Below, piece after piece: positions 17,693-25,200 of a stretch of 46,904 nt of DNA. Source of the stretch: Candidatus Woesearchaeota archaeon (GTDB lineage Archaea; Nanobdellota; Nanobdellia; Pacearchaeales; GW2011-AR1). The notes under the pieces are model-generated. The model was given only the letters and a program-made list of their open reading frames with translations, did no database searches and had not been told where the DNA came from. The translations under genes were made by a program, and so were the position numbers. The DNA lies in NCBI GenBank assembly GCA_964481185.1, contig CAYZSY010000002.1, positions 1 through 46,904 on the forward strand, written 5' to 3'. The first letter of the stretch is position 1. Each line of letters begins with the position of its first letter.

Positions 17693-17804
17693 CGCCCCAA
17701 CCGGCTCAGAGATTGATATCTCTGGGACTTCAACTCCAGTGGAGATTGAAGTGAATCAGACATGTCCGATTCAAGAGTTGGGAATGGACTTACAGTCCAT
17801 TAAA
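17693..17804 (-). other. tRNA-Asp 3'-end duplicate plus triple-hairpin cloverleaf-like element
   Basis: CGCCCCAACCGG (17693-17704) exactly repeats 17805-17816, the T-stem/acceptor/discriminator of tRNA-Asp. CCCAAC (17696-17701) pairs with GTTGGG (17777-17782), enclosing three hairpins at 17707-17724, 17728-17751 and 17752-17773. A fourth hairpin, ATGGACT-TAC-AGTCCAT, lies at 17784-17800. Confidence 0.6.
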
Positions 17805-17877
17805 CGCCCCAACCGGGAATCGGACCCGGATCTCATCCGCGACAGGGATGTGTACTGAACCATTATACGATTGAGGC
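17805..17877 (-). tRNA. tRNA-Asp (anticodon GUC)
   Basis: Reverse complement: acceptor GCCTCAA/TTGGGGC, D arm GTAT-AATGGTTCA-GTAC, anticodon arm CATCC-CTGTCGC-GGATG, T arm CCGGG-TCCGATT-CCCGG, discriminator G. TATA-like TTTTAAAAA lies about 30 nt upstream. Confidence 0.9.
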
Positions 17878-17926
17878 ACGATAATGGTTGGCTGGAGTGA
17901 TTTTTAAAACTTACTTTTTGTTTGTT

Positions 17927-18175
17927 TTATTGCTCGTCTTTGTGATAGAAATCCAACAAGTAAATGGTTTTTATATTCTTATTATAAGAATATGATAGTC
18001 TCGATGATCTAATGTAAACTTCTCGCGTTCCTTTTCTGTCAAATTTCATAGGTTTGCCTATTTCAGGATTATTTGCTATCTTGAATAATATCTTCTCGAT
18101 TCTTTCTCTCATAAACGCATCTTTTATTTTGGAAACAACCCTCTTATAATTATCTGAAAATATTAATTTTACCAT
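17927..18175 (-). CDS. RelE/ParE-family type II toxin
   Basis: 82 aa. Size, basic composition, the C-terminal IYLLDFYHKDEQ-type ending and a 7-nt overlap with the upstream antitoxin gene fit RelE/ParE. Confidence 0.65.
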   Translation of the reverse strand: MVKLIFSDNYKRVVSKIKDAFMRERIEKILFKIANNPEIGKPMKFDRKGTREVYIRSSRLSYSYNKNIKTIYLLDFYHKDEQ

Positions 18176-18438
18176 GTCTTCATTTCTTTTATGAAGTCAT
18201 CAAATTCCATAGTAGTACACTTTCCTGCCTCTATTTCTTTCCATGCTTCTTCTGTTCTTCTTGCAAATTCCAAATCTTCTTTCAATTGTTTGTCCATTTT
18301 GCTAGCCTTCTTAATAATTATTTGATTACCATTTTTTATGATAACCAATTTCTCACCTTCTTTTATGTCTTTTCTCATATCAAGAGGTATTACAACTTGC
18401 CCCTTTGAACTCATCCTTGTTATATCCATCTCCGCCAT
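18169..18438 (-). CDS. AbrB/MazE/SpoVT-family antitoxin
   Basis: 89 aa. N-terminal SSKGQVVIPLDMRKDIKEGEKLVI is the swapped-hairpin AbrB/SpoVT DNA-binding motif. Confidence 0.75.
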   Translation of the reverse strand: MAEMDITRMSSKGQVVIPLDMRKDIKEGEKLVIIKNGNQIIIKKASKMDKQLKEDLEFARRTEEAWKEIEAGKCTTMEFDDFIKEMKTW

Positions 18439-18525
18439 AGTAAGACTATTCTTACTACATATTTAAATCTTTCTTTTAAGAACAATGACTAGATAAAGAC
18501 TATTCTCTCTTTTTGTTTATTGAGT

Positions 18526-19440
18526 TTATTCTTTATCTTTAGCCTGGTTCTTACTTAAACTTTCAGTCCAGAAACTTGGCAATGAATGTGAAACAGCTCC
18601 TTCAAAGTCTGAATCAATAAGATAGACAAATCCTCTCTTGTCTCCTTCTAATTTCTTGAATGCAGAATCCGCTTTCTCGTAGAACTTCTTTATCTCGGGG
18701 CGCTCCATCTCTAACTGCAAGAGACTGCCTTGTTTTACAAGAAGCATATCCGAAAGCTTTAGAACATTCTTGTCTATCATTCCAGTGTTTTGTGTTATGA
18801 ATAAAACAGTAAGATTCTTGTGCCTTGCTATTGCGAGAATTCCTGCTAATCCTTTATTTGTTTTGCTCATACTATCTCTTGAGCCGAACGATATTGCTCC
18901 CTCATCAACTAGGAGTGCAGAGCCCTGAGGAGCATCTTCTATGTTTTCTATAGGGCTTATCCATTCGGGCATGTTCTCCTGGGAAACTCCAAGAACAAAG
19001 CATTTTCTTCCTGTTTTATGATGAATATTCTCAAGAAGCCTAAACCCAAGTGCGCTCTTTCCGCTTCCCCTCTTTCCAAATATAAGAGAGATTATTGAAT
19101 CTTCGTGGATTCTTTTCTCAGAAACTTGGTAATCTCCTGAAATTGCTTCTAAAACTTGAAGAGGGTCAAACATCGCTCTCTTTCCGTAAGTTGGGCTGCT
19201 TCTTAGCTTTCTTTTTTCAGAACTCTCTTTTATTTTTCTTGATGTAACTCTATAAAGAGAGCTTATTAATTTGCTTATTAACCACCATATTCTAGATGTA
19301 ACATTGTATATTCCTTTTATAGACTTGCTTATTAACCACCATATTCCCTTAAGAAGATACCAGATTCCAAGAAATATCCCTTTGAATATCCATCCAGTGA
19401 TTTTCCAAAGAAAATTTATCTGCTGCCTTTTCCTCGTCAT
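18526..19440 (-). CDS. membrane-anchored P-loop NTPase (FtsK/HerA- or Zot-like)
   Basis: 304 aa. Hydrophobic Trp-rich N-terminus with an 18-aa tandem repeat, Walker A GKRGSGKS, Walker B ALLVDEG, then ARHKNLTVLFITQN. Its ATG overlaps the TAA of the upstream gene by 1 nt. Confidence 0.65.
   Translation of the reverse strand: MTRKRQQINFLWKITGWIFKGIFLGIWYLLKGIWWLISKSIKGIYNVTSRIWWLISKLISSLYRVTSRKIKESSEKRKLRSSPTYGKRAMFDPLQVLEAISGDYQVSEKRIHEDSIISLIFGKRGSGKSALGFRLLENIHHKTGRKCFVLGVSQENMPEWISPIENIEDAPQGSALLVDEGAISFGSRDSMSKTNKGLAGILAIARHKNLTVLFITQNTGMIDKNVLKLSDMLLVKQGSLLQLEMERPEIKKFYEKADSAFKKLEGDKRGFVYLIDSDFEGAVSHSLPSFWTESLSKNQAKDKE
19271..19346 (-). repeat. 54-bp in-frame tandem duplication inside the ATPase N-terminus
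   Basis: TTGCTTATTAACCACCATATTC occurs at 19271-19292 and 19325-19346. It encodes IWWLISKSIKGIYNVTSR / IWWLISKLISSLYRVTSR. Confidence 0.8.
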
Positions 19441-20279
19441 TATTTTAACCTCACTTTGTTTGTATTTCCAAAAGGAATTTTCTCAATAAGGTTTCTTGCT
19501 TCTAGGTTTCTGATAACTCTGCTTAGTTTGGCCTTAGAAAATCCAGTGCTTAATTGCAACTGCTTTTGCCATAATTCTCCTCTGTCGGATTTTCTTAGAT
19601 TGTCTAGGATTTTCTTTTCAGCATCAACAAGATGCTTGTCAATCTCTGAGCTGTTTGATGTTTTCTTTGTTTTCCCTGCTAGTTTTGAATATGCATAATA
19701 TATTCCAAATAAAACTATTAAAATAGCCGGAATAATCCATGTAAATGTGTTTATGCCAGAATTTCTGGTTTTTATAGAAATGAAGAAAGGAAAATCGTCT
19801 CCTCTCTTTATATTATTTAACTCCCAAATAACAAATATCTGCTCTCCATCTGTTTCTGTCTTAAAATTATCTGGGAATATCTTCTCTGATTCAAGAGAGT
19901 TGCCTTCTTCAATAGCTATCTTTATTGTAACTTTTGCGAAATCTTCGTTGAAAACAATTTTATCAATAAGATAGTAACCTCCTGCAATTTTTGATAATAA
20001 GTTCTGAGAGAGATAACTGATTCTGATGTTTTTTCCTTTTATTATTAGGTTTTTATCTTCAAGCGAGTAGTTTAAATTGGAAGAGATTGAATGGGCATCA
20101 CTCGGCAGAGAGATTGATATCTCTTTTTCACTCTCAAAATTGATTTTTTGATCTACAAGAACTTTTTCACCTATTTGATTAAATACTATCTCGGAGCTTT
20201 GCGCAGAAGCCAGAGAGATGAAACTAACTAGGACTAATACAGAACAGATTAACCTGGCTTTAGAGTTCATATATGGCAT
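19440..20279 (-). CDS. membrane-associated winged-HTH protein (signal peptide, extracellular domain, TM, cytoplasmic wHTH)
   Basis: Start chosen at ATG 20279 (MPYMNSKARLICSVLVLVSFISLASAQ); the longer track ORF overlaps the divergent gene at 20330. TM helix WIIPAILIVLFGIYYAY. C-terminal ILDNLRKSDRGELWQKQLQLSTGFSKAKLSRVIRNLEARNLIEK is MarR/wHTH-like (COG2512-type architecture, from memory). Confidence 0.6.
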   Translation of the reverse strand: MPYMNSKARLICSVLVLVSFISLASAQSSEIVFNQIGEKVLVDQKINFESEKEISISLPSDAHSISSNLNYSLEDKNLIIKGKNIRISYLSQNLLSKIAGGYYLIDKIVFNEDFAKVTIKIAIEEGNSLESEKIFPDNFKTETDGEQIFVIWELNNIKRGDDFPFFISIKTRNSGINTFTWIIPAILIVLFGIYYAYSKLAGKTKKTSNSSEIDKHLVDAEKKILDNLRKSDRGELWQKQLQLSTGFSKAKLSRVIRNLEARNLIEKIPFGNTNKVRLK

Positions 20280-20329
20280 TTTATGAAAGCAAAGCTCGTA
20301 TTTAAATATTTTAATTTTCTTAAATTGAT

Positions 20330-20575
20330 ATGGGCAGAAAGAAGAGGGTTGCAAAAATACCAAAAAATGTGCTTCTTAAATGCCCAATTTGTTCTATGAA
20401 AAGCAGGGCGATTGTATCTATTGACAACTGCCCGCAGTCTTTCATATGCCCAAAATGCAATGCAGAAGTCAAAAATCCTCTTACTTCTTGCTGTGTTATA
20501 TGCGCATTCTCTGGGAAGAAGTGTCCTAGAACTCTTTTTGCTGAAGCGAGAGTTAAAGGGCTTGAATTGAGATAG
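20330..20575 (+). CDS. Cys-rich zinc-ribbon protein
   Basis: 81 aa with CPIC...CPKC and then CCVIC...KC spacing. Confidence 0.45.
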   Translation: MGRKKRVAKIPKNVLLKCPICSMKSRAIVSIDNCPQSFICPKCNAEVKNPLTSCCVICAFSGKKCPRTLFAEARVKGLELR

Positions 20576-20589
20576 CTAAAATAAGGAAA

Positions 20590-21156
20590 TCAGAAGCTTT
20601 TCTTGTTTTTTAAAAACTTTATCAGTTCTTTGCTTATTTGGGGCTTGCCGTTTATGATTGGATAACAATAAGGGAGTTCTATTGACTCAATATCGTTTAT
20701 CTGAATTGTTAAATTGTCTTGAAATTTCATCTTTTCCAGGGGAACTCCAGATATTATCTCTTTTGTTACATAAACAGCGTTGTCTGTGCTAAATTGCTTC
20801 TTTCCGATATTTCTTGCTTCTGTATTTTTTATTTTGCTCGTTAATTCTGAAGAGGTTCTTTTTCTTGGAGGGTAATCTCCTAAAATTCCCCCAAATATAA
20901 GATAGTCAAATTTTTTTGCCTCTCTCGGAGTTAATGTTTGTTTGGCTTCTGGGTCCAAAATACATGAGTTTTTAAGATTAAGCTCTGATACAGATTCTTT
21001 TATTTGTTTTCCAAGTCTGCTTAGATTCCTGTTCTTTCTTTTTATATTTGTAAACCAGAGATTTTCTTTTCCTACTATCTTTGAAATGTTCTTGTATTCT
21101 GTAAGGCACCATTTGAAAACTCTGGGCTCAAGATGCTCTATTATGTAAATTGCCAT
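20590..21156 (-). CDS. putative SPOUT-class methyltransferase (DUF431/Sfm1-like)
   Basis: 188 aa. The N-terminus MAIYIIEHLEPRVFKWCLTEYKNI resembles the yeast Sfm1/DUF431 N-terminus as I recall it. FGGILGD block. Confidence 0.4.
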   Translation of the reverse strand: MAIYIIEHLEPRVFKWCLTEYKNISKIVGKENLWFTNIKRKNRNLSRLGKQIKESVSELNLKNSCILDPEAKQTLTPREAKKFDYLIFGGILGDYPPRKRTSSELTSKIKNTEARNIGKKQFSTDNAVYVTKEIISGVPLEKMKFQDNLTIQINDIESIELPYCYPIINGKPQISKELIKFLKNKKSF

Positions 21157-21215
21157 ATTATAACTTATTTTATGTGAATAAAAACTTTTTTAAATGCACT
21201 GACATAGAAGGTTAG

Positions 21216-22055
21216 ATGGTTATAAAAGGAGATTTTAGATTAAAAAGTCTTTATGTTTTTATATTTCTTGTAGCTGTTGCAATAGTTCTTTTTGGAGCTT
21301 TTGCTATGATGGTTGCAAGGACAGATGTTAATATTATATCAGGAGCGGTTTCTGTAATAAAATCTACTATCTCTGGTTCTATTAGCGCTTCTCTTGCAAA
21401 GATAGAGGGCAGTTCGTTAAGAATGTATAGGGTTGCAATAATAGAGAGCATTGTTCTTATAACAGGAATAATTACTTCATTATTTGGCCTTCTTTATTTA
21501 TTTAAACATTATTATCTGACTGTACAGCTTTCTCTTATAGACGAACTGACAAGACTCTATAACAGAAGGGCTCTCTATAAAATTCTTGATGTTGAGATAA
21601 AGAGGGCAAAGAGGTTTAAGCATCCCCTTACCATTCTTATGGCTGATATTGACTTCTTTAAAGTGTATAATGACACAAACGGACATGTGGCTGGAGATGT
21701 TTTGTTGCAAAAAATATCCAAGATGATGCAGGAAAGCATAAGAGATATTGATACAATTGGAAGATATGGCGGGGAGGAGTTTCTGGCAATACTTCCAGAG
21801 ACATCACATAAAAATGCAGCCAGAATTGCAGAAAGAATAAGAAAGAAAATTGAGAACGGCAAGTTTAAGGGGCAGGAAAAACAGCCGCTTGGAAAAGTTA
21901 CTTTAAGTCTTGGGCTTGCTACATTCCACGGAGACTATAAAGAAGGAACGCAGTTAATACATTCTGCTGATCAATTATTATATGAAGCAAAGCGGGCAGG
22001 AAGAAATCAGGTTAAAAAAGCATATTTCGGTAGGGTTGATAAGGGAGAAGATTAA
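21216..22055 (+). CDS. membrane-anchored GGDEF diguanylate cyclase
   Basis: 279 aa. Two N-terminal TM helices, then LTRLYNRRAL, DIDFFKVYNDTNGHVAGD, active site GGEEF (21768-21782), I-site RDID five residues upstream (21741-21752), and C-terminal ADQLLYEAKRAGRNQV. Confidence 0.9.
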   Translation: MVIKGDFRLKSLYVFIFLVAVAIVLFGAFAMMVARTDVNIISGAVSVIKSTISGSISASLAKIEGSSLRMYRVAIIESIVLITGIITSLFGLLYLFKHYYLTVQLSLIDELTRLYNRRALYKILDVEIKRAKRFKHPLTILMADIDFFKVYNDTNGHVAGDVLLQKISKMMQESIRDIDTIGRYGGEEFLAILPETSHKNAARIAERIRKKIENGKFKGQEKQPLGKVTLSLGLATFHGDYKEGTQLIHSADQLLYEAKRAGRNQVKKAYFGRVDKGED

Positions 22056-23471
22056 CTATCCTTTCATTACAGCTATCGGAACTAATCTTGCAATAAGGTT
22101 TCCTATTCCTGCTTCGTGAGAGACTCTAACTACTTCGTCAATATCTTTGTAGACTTCGGGGGCTTCTTCAACCAAGGCTTTTTTGCTCGTTGTTTCAACC
22201 AATATATCTTTTGAATCCATTTCTTTTTGAATTTGTTCTGAAGTCAATTCCCTTTTCGCTTTGCTTCTGCTTTCTACTCTTCCGGAGCCGTGAGCAGTTG
22301 AGCCAAATGTGACTTCTTCTGCTTTTTTTGTTCCAACTAAAACATAGGAGGCGGTGCCCATACTTCCAGGAATAAGCACTGGCTGGCCTATTTTTCTATA
22401 TATGCTTGGAATCTCTTTTCTTCCTGAACCAAAACTTCTTGTTGCTCCTTTTCGATGCACGCAAAGTTCTGTTTTCTTGCCATCAATATTAAACTCTTCC
22501 ATTTTTGCAATATTGTGGCAGACATCATAAACTAAATTCACTTTTGCTTTAGGAAAATATTTTTTAAAAACTTTCCTTACGTTATTCATAATAATCTGCC
22601 TGTTGCAAAATGCAAAATTTACCGCGCAATTCATTGCTTTCAGGTATTTTTGCCCCAAATCGCTGTTTATTGGCGCATTAATTAATTCTCTGTCAGGAAG
22701 GTCTGCAAATCCATACTCTTCTTCCATTAGCTGAATATAATCACTTGCTACTTGATGGCCCAAACCCCTGGAACCACAATGAATCATTATTGTAATGTTT
22801 TCTTTATCCAAACCGAATGCTTTTGCAATCTTTTCGTCTAATATCTTATCAATCTTCTCTATCTCGAGGAAGTGATTACCTGCTCCAAGGGTGCCTAGCT
22901 GTGGAACTCCTCTTGATATTGCTCTCTGGGATACATTTTCTGGGAGAGCATTTTTCATTCTTCCATTTTCTTCAGTACATTCCAAATCTTCTTTTGTGGC
23001 CATTCCTTTCTCAAGAGCCCATTCTGCTCCTTTTTTTAGAACCTCTATAATTTCCTCTCTGGAATATTTCTCTCCTCCTCTTCCTACTCCAGAAGGCACT
23101 GCTCTAAATATATCATGCAATATTTCTTTTCTTTTTTTCATGAATTCTTTTACAGGAATGTTTGTTGATAAAAGGCGGATCCCGCAGTTAATATCAAAAC
23201 CAACACCGCCGGGAGAGATTATTCCTTTTTTTAAGTCAAAAGCTGCAACATTGCCTATGCAAAATCCATAACCCATGTGACCATCTGGAAGCACAATTAC
23301 ATTATTAACAAGGCCTGGGAGAGTTGCTACATTCATTGCCTGCTTGAAAGTTTCATCTTCCTGCATTTTTTTTAACAATTTTTCTGAAGCAAAGACCAAA
23401 ACAGGGACATTCATCTTCCCAGTTTTTGGAATTTCCCATTCAATGTCTGATATTTTCTTTAGTTCTGTCAT
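22056..23471 (-). CDS. rtcB: RNA-splicing ligase RtcB
   Basis: 471 aa. DGHMGYGF, GGVGFDINCG, GAGNHFLE, HCGSRGLGHQ, GSMGT and HGSGR blocks of RtcB. Confidence 0.95.
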   Translation of the reverse strand: MTELKKISDIEWEIPKTGKMNVPVLVFASEKLLKKMQEDETFKQAMNVATLPGLVNNVIVLPDGHMGYGFCIGNVAAFDLKKGIISPGGVGFDINCGIRLLSTNIPVKEFMKKRKEILHDIFRAVPSGVGRGGEKYSREEIIEVLKKGAEWALEKGMATKEDLECTEENGRMKNALPENVSQRAISRGVPQLGTLGAGNHFLEIEKIDKILDEKIAKAFGLDKENITIMIHCGSRGLGHQVASDYIQLMEEEYGFADLPDRELINAPINSDLGQKYLKAMNCAVNFAFCNRQIIMNNVRKVFKKYFPKAKVNLVYDVCHNIAKMEEFNIDGKKTELCVHRKGATRSFGSGRKEIPSIYRKIGQPVLIPGSMGTASYVLVGTKKAEEVTFGSTAHGSGRVESRSKAKRELTSEQIQKEMDSKDILVETTSKKALVEEAPEVYKDIDEVVRVSHEAGIGNLIARLVPIAVMKG

Positions 23472-23576
23472 GTTGTATATTGAAGAACTTGGAGGTTTAT
23501 TAATTTAATTGGGTGTCTGCTCATTTATATATATGTTATGTCAATATTTAATAATATTGAAACTCTTGTGTAGAAC

Positions 23577-23690
23577 ATGACAGAAAAAGAAGTGAAGACA
23601 ATTGAAGATAAAGAAGAAATAGCAAGAATCGTTGAAGAAAAGATTATGGGAAAGAGGTTAGTTTTCCCTCCGTCCATAAAGTGTCACTAA
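23577..23690 (+). CDS. possible small ORF (37 aa)
   Basis: Hand-translated: MTEKEVKTIEDKEEIARIVEEKIMGKRLVFPPSIKCH. TATA-like CATTTATATATAT lies about 50 nt upstream. No other support. Confidence 0.2.
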   Translation: MTEKEVKTIEDKEEIARIVEEKIMGKRLVFPPSIKCH

Positions 23691-23773
23691 TTTGTTCTTT
23701 AAATTGGAACACACTACCTAAAGAATTATTCAGTGCATTTTGATATTGTTGGAATATTGAACCTATCATTTTA

Positions 23774-24688
23774 TCACTTGTTATAATTGTAAGATTGTTT
23801 AATCAACTCAAATAATTTTATCAATTCTTCTTTATTTTTAACTAAAACTTCATAATCGCCATTACCCCAATGCCCAATGGCTTTTGGTTTTGTTAAATCT
23901 CTTGCAATTCCAAAAGAGTCATTTAACTTTCCGCTTGGAACATTCAAAAATGCTTTAATTGTGTTTTTCTGAATTACAACATCCACAAAATTAGTGGTAA
24001 GTTTGTAAGCTATATATTTAGCTTTTGCTTCTTCTGTGATTGATGCGTCTAAACTTGTTATCATCTCTTTCAGTTGTATAAATAATTCTTTAATCTCTTT
24101 TGAGGCAACCTGCAAATGAGAATTAATAGTGTAATCTTTCTGAAGTTTTGGTAATGTTTCTTTTTCTTTTTTGCCCCTATCAAAAATTTCTCTCGTGCTT
24201 ATTTTGATTGTTTTTTGGGATTCTGATTCAACCATCAAAATATTATCCTCGTAAATTTTATATCTCAAAAGCTCAATTTTTATTGGTAATATTTCAACCG
24301 TATCCAAATCAAATTTATTGTAGCTTTCAGCAACGCATATGACTCTTGGAGAAGTCCAATCAATATCAGCTTCTATTTTCTTATTTCTGCACAAAATTTC
24401 AAAATCTGCTTTATGGTCTAAAAGCCACCTCAAATAAGATAAGCCTTGATTTATTACATTATCATTTTGGTTTCTTTTGTATTCAATAATGACGGGAGAG
24501 CCATTTTTATCAATTCCCAAAGTGTCAATTCTTCCGCCAAAAGAGGTGCTGTACTCTGTCGCTAAAAAATCAACATTCAAAATAGTTAAAAGATTCTGCT
24601 CAAAAAGTGTCTGAATATTCTTCTCTTTCTCTAAATCGATGGTTGATAATTTCTCAACATTTGCATTTTTTATCTTGAATAGAGCCAT
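23774..24688 (-). CDS. PD-(D/E)xK nuclease-like protein (NucS/DUF91-like N-terminus, DUF5655-like C-terminus)
   Basis: 304 aa. GGRIDTLGIDKNGSPVIIEYKR gives the D...E.K nuclease signature followed by QGLSYLRWL. The C-terminus KYIAYKLTTNFVDVVIQKNTIKAFLNV...GHWGNGDYEV fits DUF5655 as I recall it. Confidence 0.55.
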   Translation of the reverse strand: MALFKIKNANVEKLSTIDLEKEKNIQTLFEQNLLTILNVDFLATEYSTSFGGRIDTLGIDKNGSPVIIEYKRNQNDNVINQGLSYLRWLLDHKADFEILCRNKKIEADIDWTSPRVICVAESYNKFDLDTVEILPIKIELLRYKIYEDNILMVESESQKTIKISTREIFDRGKKEKETLPKLQKDYTINSHLQVASKEIKELFIQLKEMITSLDASITEEAKAKYIAYKLTTNFVDVVIQKNTIKAFLNVPSGKLNDSFGIARDLTKPKAIGHWGNGDYEVLVKNKEELIKLFELIKQSYNYNK

Positions 24689-24730
24689 ATTATAAGTAAG
24701 ATACTAACCTATTTATAAATATATTTTTAC

Positions 24731-25150
24731 TCAAACATCAAGGACAAACTGAATTGTTGTTTTGTCCTTTTCTTCTTCTATGAACATGTCGTTGTATGTT
24801 ATTGCTTTTACGTCGTTTGTGAAAATGTAATTTCCTGCGCTGTCTCCTATTAGATTTGCCTTAAGAATAAAGCCTTCTTTTGATTCTTCTATCTTAACAA
24901 TCGGCGCCTTGCTTATAATGTAGTCTTCTGCATCTGCAAGGTAGATAATGCTTTCAAGAAATTTGTATAACAAAGCACCCTTATCTCTGCCTTCTGCGCT
25001 TATATCCTTCTTAATCTTTGGAGCAACTTTTATCTGCTCGGCCATTACTTCTTTTAAAGCCATAGCTGAAGTCGAGAAAGCTTTCTCGATAGTTCTTTCT
25101 TCTACTAATATCTTAACATCTGCCGTATGTTCTAGGAACTTGAAACCCAT
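24731..25150 (-). CDS. archease (RtcB activator)
   Basis: 139 aa. The N-terminus MGFKFLEHTADVKILVE and overall size are typical of archease. Confidence 0.85.
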   Translation of the reverse strand: MGFKFLEHTADVKILVEERTIEKAFSTSAMALKEVMAEQIKVAPKIKKDISAEGRDKGALLYKFLESIIYLADAEDYIISKAPIVKIEESKEGFILKANLIGDSAGNYIFTNDVKAITYNDMFIEEEKDKTTIQFVLDV

Positions 25151-25200
25151 ATAATAGCAAATCCTGATAAGTTTATAAATTATTGTCGTTATATGATTAT

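Noticed and set aside
17728-17751. ORB-like origin recognition box (CTCCAGTGGAG resembles the CCAGTGGAAA core of archaeal ORB elements)
   Set aside because: There is a single occurrence, the match sits in the apex of a hairpin, and there is no flanking AT-rich unwinding element with inverted ORB copies. No orc1/cdc6 gene is nearby, and the related hairpin at 7093-7112 lacks the motif.
20280-20363. Upstream extension of the wHTH membrane protein ORF to 20363
   Set aside because: The extension lacks a signal-peptide context and overlaps the divergent zinc-ribbon ORF starting at 20330. ATG 20279 is immediately followed by a typical signal sequence.
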